Of a stretch of DNA of 64,000 nt, positions 58,201 to 64,000 are shown in pieces. How positions within the stretch are numbered: position 1 is the stretch's first letter; each line of letters begins with the position of its first letter. The stretch covers positions 17,337 to 81,336 of IMG/VR virus record IMGVR_UViG_3300025266_000004; one strand, given 5' to 3'. The stretch comes from a virus. A model generated the notes under the pieces. The model made no database searches, was not told the DNA's origin, and saw nothing but the letters and a program-made list of their open reading frames with translations. The position numbers and the translations under genes were made by a program.

Positions 58201-58317
58201 AAGTTTGGAAAGGTTTTTACCAACAAGGATTGGTTATCTCTAACGGAGACTGAAAAGTACAATATAATAAAGGAGATGAGCATTGTCGAAGGCGGTGGTA
58301 ATGTCTTTAAGCTTTAA
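55288..58317 (+). CDS. large cargo protein with a C-terminal lysozyme-like domain
   Basis: 1009 aa; RNNNPLA motif near the C-terminus. Confidence 0.6.
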   Translation: MPELTPQLSYARTVDTYVGQPVNEIKALTSELDDRHKSNRGDADKLEILAYNTKVLDNDNDNEIKSEAFSNIKQGLNDFDYGNNWEDADEKVRSLTKGFAMNSALNKAKQNKLARDSGVAELQEATAEGKIPKEWMNYEIMRADEGYQGVSMNEETGEFEGTYGLNRPSDYIDIGKEMWDLAKDVKAGKEPLWLDKTDGTRDYIIHTEKGYLYEGTLKSVEPDKIQGALRGMIMNNENYKGQIKYENDLLKWKMTRTGVKEQPNRPLNSDDFRSLQASNVINNKDLQIALSSFGEDVRVEDLEAEGYLDSFFDAVMYGKKVDSFIDPAAIGQSFSEMDVSSKKDFISAEAIKYNRTRKDELAEENKDKAAYILSSHGIKIHNPTQLNSEVQNNGELGITNETKDLNSSLKTLESSITNNYKIIDNKNASVEDVETAKKSNEDLLSQFYTNKNRRDYLNEVSNEQYWKHLYETNKISKDEYNAKVDGIDSKSIQIEKDKTNIDKKLNTIFDEFSLEGKAFHIGGALPYVRDLDTEEIVNYLKTGDGDSEGRRQYFVLKDLISQGKIPKDILNELEGVSSSVKAKDKTNEIFENKDLFKKYLDTKIDEAYEPAVFDFSTNVKNPEKLSFLSQTLSNHVKRNKNGYIVYDQDGQQTNLDSDESPLYNQNDITITGSTDFVPNQGIMLKGYVDVTKENSSTGKLEKTGERREILLKPRESNQEARMVIQNSLRKDYNKWDLAKGENATYGNGVEYADAIVQTDIESQGDIFRRTKIYEGEEQKQQYNLGADLSANVIKKKVNGKDYYTVNVEEFNINSDLQGSLNETQTRDNDSLQFGRKGAITTQHTGDARSNAVFYDLPSMEAALEEITKTHNGLTTTKIDKSIPRSLRNNNPLAMTTAVAKSLGFVEGVDYVDNNDTFGSSDGNKTYTTATFTGSGSPVDKLVSQFDKVALADNSNIFTTGGGKPRWSYLKEKFGKVFTNKDWLSLTETEKYNIIKEMSIVEGGGNVFKL

Positions 58318-58336
58318 ATAATCTAAATTAAATATA

Positions 58337-58365
58337 AATCCACTTGCATAAGTGGATTTTTTTTT
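58337..58365 (+). terminator. intrinsic terminator overlapping a promoter-like motif
   Basis: AAATCCACTT-GCAT-AAGTGGATTT plus T run; CTTG-N20-TATCTTAA at 58343-58374. Confidence 0.75.
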
Positions 58366-58410
58366 ATATCTTAAAGTATTAAAATTAATAATAAACTATT
58401 ATATATATAT

Positions 58411-61400
58411 ATGCCTGATTATAACGACATCTTAAAAAAACACGCTAATACAAAACTAGAAAGTGTTGAACCTACAGACGAATCACTATACAGTATTGAT
58501 GGTTTAGAGAAGGATGAAATCGCTAAGGAAACAAAAGACACTTCTATTGCTGATATACTACAGAAACATTCTGGAAATAGAACACAGTTAAAAGAAGGTG
58601 TACAAACTGAGGTTGGTATTAGTGAATACGAACCTTATATTCCTGGGTTTAGTGCTACTAAAGAACTTGATGAATTGAATCAGGCGAGAGCTAACAATCA
58701 ATCAAACTGGGAAAAAGCTGGTAGTGTAGGTAAACAGATGCTTGGAGAGATTGTTGGTGGTAGTATTAGTGGACTTGGTTCAATATTTGAATTACCCGAT
58801 GCTATTATAGATGAAATGTCAGGTGAAAGTGCTGATTTTAATAACTTTTTGATTGAATGGGGTGAGGGTATTAAAGAATATGCTAAAGATAGCGGTAAAA
58901 TTTATAGAACTAACCCTGATAAAGCATTTGATTTTGGTGACTTTGGTTGGTGGGCTGAAAATGGTGTTAGTTTATCAAGTACAATAGGTCTAATGATACC
59001 TGCTACAGCTGGTGTTAAAGGATTAGGTTTAATTTCAGACGTATTAAAGATCACTGATAAAGTTAGTGATACAGCTAAATATTGGAGTAAGTTGTCAACT
59101 TCTTCTGCTATTATGCGTAATGCTGAAAACATGACTGAAAGTTTATCTATTTCACACAAGTCAAGAGAGTTCGCAATGAAACAATTTGAGAACGAGGAAG
59201 AGTTCCAAAAAGTAATTGATAGTGAACTAGGTACAGAACTACGAAATAACGGTAAAGCTTTAACAAAGGAAAATGTTGCTGATTTAATTGCTGCAAAAGC
59301 TGGTTGGAGATCATACAAAGTGAATAGTGCGAATATTGTTTTTGATATGGTACAAATGGCACCTTTATTTAAAGGTTTCAAAGCTGGTACAAGAACTAAC
59401 AAAGTAGTTAGTAGTAAAGTAGATAAAGCAATTAAAGGACATGGTTTTGACAGCTTTGGTAAAGTAACTAAAGTAAGTAAGATAAGTAGATATTTTAATC
59501 CTATTATTTCACCTATTGCTAGACAATCTACAGAGGGTATTGAAGAGGGTATTAACTTTATTGGCGGTGCTGAGGGTGAATACTATGGTAAGACTCTAGC
59601 AGGTGGTAAAGATACTAATTTTGGTGAGAGATTGTCAGGATATTTAACTGATGGTCATTTTTATGAAAGTGCGGCATGGGGTGTTGCAGGTGGTGTAGTC
59701 TTTGACGGTGCTACTGGTTTACTAAAGAGAACACAAGGTTATAAAGATAACACTGATGATAATAAAATAAAAGAGATTGAGCAAAGAAAGCAAACTATAA
59801 ATAGTTATAAACAAGCTCATAAAGAAATCTTAGATAACGAAGAATCGACACCTAATCAAAAAGCTGAATCTGTATCACAATTACAAGATGAAATGGCTAC
59901 TGATTTAGCTATGAGAGCTAGTGCTGTAGGTAACGTTGACTTATTACTTAATCAAATAGAAACACCACAATTTGGTGAACAGTTAGTAGAAGCTGGATTA
60001 GCTGATGCAGATAAGATTCAAGATAATGTTATAAAGCTAAAAGAAACTATCTTACAAACAGAAGACTTATATAAACAATACTATAACAAATTCTTTGTAG
60101 GTAATGAGACACAAACTGTAAAGAATCATTTAATCACTGAGTCAATCAAACTTGAAAGAGCTATAACTAGACATTCTAAACAAGCTGATAAATTAAATAG
60201 TACTGTTTTAGATACTAAATCTAAAGACAGAGTGTACCAAAACAATTTAGAGAAAGGTTTAGATGGTACTATAAAAGCACAAGCAATTAATAATGCAATG
60301 GAGTTGTTAAAGTCTGCTGGTTTTGCTGATAGAGTTCCTAACTTAGAACAAAGATTAAAAGAGAACAAAGTAAAGTATGAAGGTACTGTTGAATTTGCAG
60401 GTCTCAATGAGAAACTTATTACTAAGATCAATCCTGCTATTATAGAAGGATTAACTGAACAAATTGCTATAGAAGAAGCACTTAACTTTCACGATGAGAA
60501 ACTTAAAGAGATTAATACTCCTGAGTATAAAGAGAAATTAAATGCTGATTACTTAAAGGAAGTAGCTAAGGAAGAAAAAGAAGCTAAGAAGGAAGCAGAG
60601 AAAGTTAAGAAAGATGAAGTTAAAAAGTCTGTTAAGGAGAAAGCTAAAGAGGTAGTTAGAAAAGCTAAAGAGAAAGTAACTGGTAAAAAAGATACTACAG
60701 AAGAAACAGAACAACCTACAGAACAACCTACAGAAGCTGAAGAATCAACTACTGAGTTTGAATATCCTAATGATCCTGCTGTATATAATGATTCAAAATA
60801 TAAAAATGATGAAGAGTTTCAATTAGCACTTAGTCAACCTGATAGTATTGATACATGGTTAGAAGTGTATAACCCTGACCAACCTTTCGCTACTTCACCT
60901 AATGAAGAAAAGTATAAGATATTACAGAACAAAAAAGCAGAGATTGAGAATAACATCCAAAATAGTATCTTTGGTTTGAATGAACAAGATACTCAAACTG
61001 CTACAGATACTTATGGTGATTTAGATAAAGAGACATTTTATACAGAAGATAATAATAAGACTGTTAAAGGTGAACAAGAGACTATTGACGGTGACTTAGA
61101 AACATCTGTTGATAATGTCGAATATACAGAAGATAATCAACCTGTAAAAAGAGACGAAGGAGATAGTAGAGTTGTATCAGGATATAATATACTTGCTTAT
61201 TTGTCACGTGGTTATGAAGATGTTATAAGTACTCTAAATGATGGTACACAAAGTTTAACTAAGGAAGATATAGATGATTCTTTGAATGAGAATTTACTAG
61301 ATAAAAATATACTTAATCCTAATGAATATCAAATAGGTGATGAATTGACTGTCCAACTAGATAAATCATATAACGTCGACAGTGCTACATTTTCATCATT

Positions 61401-64000
61401 ACAGGCTAGTGAGACAACCACAAATTCTCTAGTACCTATAGTTATACTTAAAAACAATAAGAAAGTAGCTTATCTACATGATACAAATTGGATTAATGAG
61501 AATAACGTAGCAGGTGATATCGAGGTACAGAAAAAGAAACTTCAAGAAGTTAGAGATACAATTGCTAATTCTACTGAACCAATAACTATTAAAATTACTA
61601 ATAGGAACTATGGTGTATTAGCTAAGACAAAAGACAACAGACAAATAGATACTATTAATGCTTTTCCTGACAAAAATCTTAAGTTTGGTATAGGAAAGAA
61701 TGGTAAATTATTCAATACTAGAGAGACTGAAACATCTGATGTTGTATTGAACAAAGACTTCAATGAAGGTGCTGTTTATGCTGTTGCTCAAGTAGGTACT
61801 AAAGATGGTAAGAAACAACATATAGGACTGCCATTAAGACGTAAGACTGTAAACCCTGTTATTTCTAAGTCTATTAGAAAAGCTGTAAAGTTATACTTAG
61901 GTAATGACAAAGAAAGTAAAGAAGTTAAAGATGTTTACGATAATTATGGGTACAATTTAACAACTATAAAAGGACTTAGAGATTATATCAACAACTTTGT
62001 TAACGTATATTCACTTGATAGCGATACCAATTTAAAGGATAAATTAAATACTTTAGATTCAAATGTAAATTTATTGACAGTTACGACTAATTCAATTGAT
62101 TTTGGAGGTGGTAAAGGTGTTAATTACAATTCTATATCAAGAGAAAGTCCTGAGTACTCAATTGACGAGTTATTAAACAACTTAGAGAAACATTTAAGTG
62201 GAGTTTTTGTTGACTTTGATTTAGATAAGATAAATACAGGTGAATTTAATATTCCTTTATTAAACGAAAGTAGTGAAGATATAGGTGAATTAAGTTATGA
62301 TAATTATAATGACTTTGTAAAGAGTAATACATCTACTAATTTACTATCTTTTGATTTAGGTAACGGTAATTTTGCTTATACTATTCAGCCTGTAATAGAA
62401 ACAAATGTAGGTAGTATAGAGAAGAAGATTACACCAGTTGCATCTACAACAAGTGAAACAAATGATATAGAGATACAAAGACGAGAAGAATTAATACGAA
62501 CAACTCCTGGGGTTAATAGAACTCAAAAGCTAAAAGTACAAAAAGCTTTAATTGATAACGATATTGATACTTTTATAGCTATACTTGGGAAAAACCAATT
62601 ACATGCTTTCTCTTATAATATAAGAGAAAGAAAAAGAATCAATGATAAATACGATAGAGAGTCAAAAGATAATCAACAACCTACTACACAATTAACATCT
62701 GACGATGATATGTTAGGTGACGATTTTTCTCCTAGTCCTGAAGACTCAGATATATATAAAGCTTTACAGCAAGAGATAGAAGAAACTGTACTAATCAAAG
62801 GTTTTACAGCTTCTAAACAATCTATTTTAGTTGATGCTATTGCTTATGATATTAATGAACAAGTTATTAATAGTGGAAAATTACAACAAAGTCAAGTTTT
62901 TAACAACTGGTTGACATACTTTAAAGAACAAAGAAGTGTGTTCTCTGAACAAGGGAGAGATAAAGTAGTTGCTGAGTTTGATAAAATTATTGATAGTTTT
63001 GATAGTATTAAACTATTTACTTTAAAGAAGGTAGGTAAGATTAATGGTATTCAAATTAAAGCAGACACTACTGTAGATGGTTTACGTGATTTAGAAACAC
63101 ACTTAGAAAAGACTAACTTCAATGATGAAGCTACATTACAATTAGACTCTAAAGATACTGTAAGTGTTAAATTAAAGAGATTCTTTAGTGGTGTTAACGA
63201 ATTAGACGAAAATGGTAAAGCAATTAAGCCTTATATGGGTCTTAAGAAATACGTACCATTTGATGTTGTATATAACGAAGTATCAGCTTTACTAGCTAAT
63301 ACACCTGCTGATTTTGGTTCAATGGTTGATATACTTGAACAGTATACTCAATCTAAGCCTTATTTAGAATCTCTAATAGCTAAGTTACAAAATACTGAAC
63401 AACAAACTAAAGATGAGTTCGTTGTTGCTATGTCGAAACATAAAGTAGATATGGTTTTTCTATTATGGGCACTAAATAAAAAACAGATTAAAGACTCTAA
63501 TGGTAATATTGTTAGAGAAGCAAGTGGAAAACCTAAAGTAAAAAAAGAGTACAGTATGATTACTCAAAACAGTAATTCTAATGACATAGCTACAGCTGTA
63601 GCAGACAATTGGTATGAAGGTTTAAAATCTAGTAAGTATGTAACTAAAAATAGTGATAATGAACTAGTTTTAAGTGCTGATATATCTAATGTAATTGAGA
63701 AATTAAAGAAATTCTCAAAAGATGAACCAAAGATCGATGAATTAGGTGACTTTTTAAAGAGTATAGGTATAGATATTGACCCTAGAACTTTGAATGACTT
63801 AAAAACTAATGGATTAAGAAGTAGAGGTAAACGTTTAGAGTATAAGCAACTGTTTAATACAGCTAATGGTGTGTTTAATATTATGTTGAACAACTTAGAA
63901 AAGACTAAACAATCTAATTTAGTAGATAACAATCCTTTTAAAGATACATCTATTAAATCTCTTGCAATTGCAGAAGCTAAATACAACACCAAAGAGTTTA
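58411..64000 (+). CDS. giant virion cargo protein (virion RNA polymerase locus), 3' end runs off the window
   Basis: Frame from ATG 58411 with no closed plus-strand ORF in the track (>1860 codons); RANNQSNWEK start, EGIEEG motif and TM-like Gly-rich segments typical of crAss giant proteins; no RNAP catalytic motif seen within the window. Confidence 0.7.
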   Translation, partial: MPDYNDILKKHANTKLESVEPTDESLYSIDGLEKDEIAKETKDTSIADILQKHSGNRTQLKEGVQTEVGISEYEPYIPGFSATKELDELNQARANNQSNWEKAGSVGKQMLGEIVGGSISGLGSIFELPDAIIDEMSGESADFNNFLIEWGEGIKEYAKDSGKIYRTNPDKAFDFGDFGWWAENGVSLSSTIGLMIPATAGVKGLGLISDVLKITDKVSDTAKYWSKLSTSSAIMRNAENMTESLSISHKSREFAMKQFENEEEFQKVIDSELGTELRNNGKALTKENVADLIAAKAGWRSYKVNSANIVFDMVQMAPLFKGFKAGTRTNKVVSSKVDKAIKGHGFDSFGKVTKVSKISRYFNPIISPIARQSTEGIEEGINFIGGAEGEYYGKTLAGGKDTNFGERLSGYLTDGHFYESAAWGVAGGVVFDGATGLLKRTQGYKDNTDDNKIKEIEQRKQTINSYKQAHKEILDNEESTPNQKAESVSQLQDEMATDLAMRASAVGNVDLLLNQIETPQFGEQLVEAGLADADKIQDNVIKLKETILQTEDLYKQYYNKFFVGNETQTVKNHLITESIKLERAITRHSKQADKLNSTVLDTKSKDRVYQNNLEKGLDGTIKAQAINNAMELLKSAGFADRVPNLEQRLKENKVKYEGTVEFAGLNEKLITKINPAIIEGLTEQIAIEEALNFHDEKLKEINTPEYKEKLNADYLKEVAKEEKEAKKEAEKVKKDEVKKSVKEKAKEVVRKAKEKVTGKKDTTEETEQPTEQPTEAEESTTEFEYPNDPAVYNDSKYKNDEEFQLALSQPDSIDTWLEVYNPDQPFATSPNEEKYKILQNKKAEIENNIQNSIFGLNEQDTQTATDTYGDLDKETFYTEDNNKTVKGEQETIDGDLETSVDNVEYTEDNQPVKRDEGDSRVVSGYNILAYLSRGYEDVISTLNDGTQSLTKEDIDDSLNENLLDKNILNPNEYQIGDELTVQLDKSYNVDSATFSSLQASETTTNSLVPIVILKNNKKVAYLHDTNWINENNVAGDIEVQKKKLQEVRDTIANSTEPITIKITNRNYGVLAKTKDNRQIDTINAFPDKNLKFGIGKNGKLFNTRETETSDVVLNKDFNEGAVYAVAQVGTKDGKKQHIGLPLRRKTVNPVISKSIRKAVKLYLGNDKESKEVKDVYDNYGYNLTTIKGLRDYINNFVNVYSLDSDTNLKDKLNTLDSNVNLLTVTTNSIDFGGGKGVNYNSISRESPEYSIDELLNNLEKHLSGVFVDFDLDKINTGEFNIPLLNESSEDIGELSYDNYNDFVKSNTSTNLLSFDLGNGNFAYTIQPVIETNVGSIEKKITPVASTTSETNDIEIQRREELIRTTPGVNRTQKLKVQKALIDNDIDTFIAILGKNQLHAFSYNIRERKRINDKYDRESKDNQQPTTQLTSDDDMLGDDFSPSPEDSDIYKALQQEIEETVLIKGFTASKQSILVDAIAYDINEQVINSGKLQQSQVFNNWLTYFKEQRSVFSEQGRDKVVAEFDKIIDSFDSIKLFTLKKVGKINGIQIKADTTVDGLRDLETHLEKTNFNDEATLQLDSKDTVSVKLKRFFSGVNELDENGKAIKPYMGLKKYVPFDVVYNEVSALLANTPADFGSMVDILEQYTQSKPYLESLIAKLQNTEQQTKDEFVVAMSKHKVDMVFLLWALNKKQIKDSNGNIVREASGKPKVKKEYSMITQNSNSNDIATAVADNWYEGLKSSKYVTKNSDNELVLSADISNVIEKLKKFSKDEPKIDELGDFLKSIGIDIDPRTLNDLKTNGLRSRGKRLEYKQLFNTANGVFNIMLNNLEKTKQSNLVDNNPFKDTSIKSLAIAEAKYNTKEF

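Noticed and set aside
26891-63992. Minus-strand and nested track ORFs within the plus arm (e.g. 58902-59402, 63564-63992)
   Set aside because: Antisense or alternate-frame shadows of long structural genes
1-64000. Stop-codon reassignment (TAG or TGA) as in some crAss-like phages
   Set aside because: Large genes are intact under the standard code, and TAG/TGA serve as normal stops with tight coupling to the next gene

Overview
This AT-rich 64-kb window is a segment of a crAss-like (Crassvirales) podophage genome, probably infecting Bacteroidota/Flavobacteriia, and it uses the standard genetic code. Two arms diverge from a ~1-kb non-coding region (25023-26038) that holds iteron-like repeats and back-to-back Bacteroidota-type promoters. 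The minus-strand arm (1-25022) has an SSB-tail-bearing first gene, many small early genes, a nucleotidyltransferase, a HAD phosphatase, an SF1 helicase, a GH73 hydrolase, a family A DNA polymerase, an SF2 helicase, a RecT-like protein and an SSB-like protein. The plus-strand arm (26039 to the window end) has an HU-like protein, nucleases, a Tad2/DUF2829-like protein, an amidase, TerL, portal, scaffold, MCP, ring/hub/fibre proteins, holins, a patatin, the muzzle protein, cargo proteins and the start of a giant virion protein. The strongest unexplained signal is at 20.0-25.1 kb. Almost every intergenic gap there is closed by a long terminal helix and folds into a multibranched RNA: a tRNA-like element with an aberrant anticodon arm, a T-loop element, and elements of ~340 nt and ~190 nt. 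These alternate with four copies of a 33-nt ATG...TAA cassette, suggesting an undescribed early ncRNA/processing system. All calls come from motif recognition and pairing by eye; no searches or folding programs were run.
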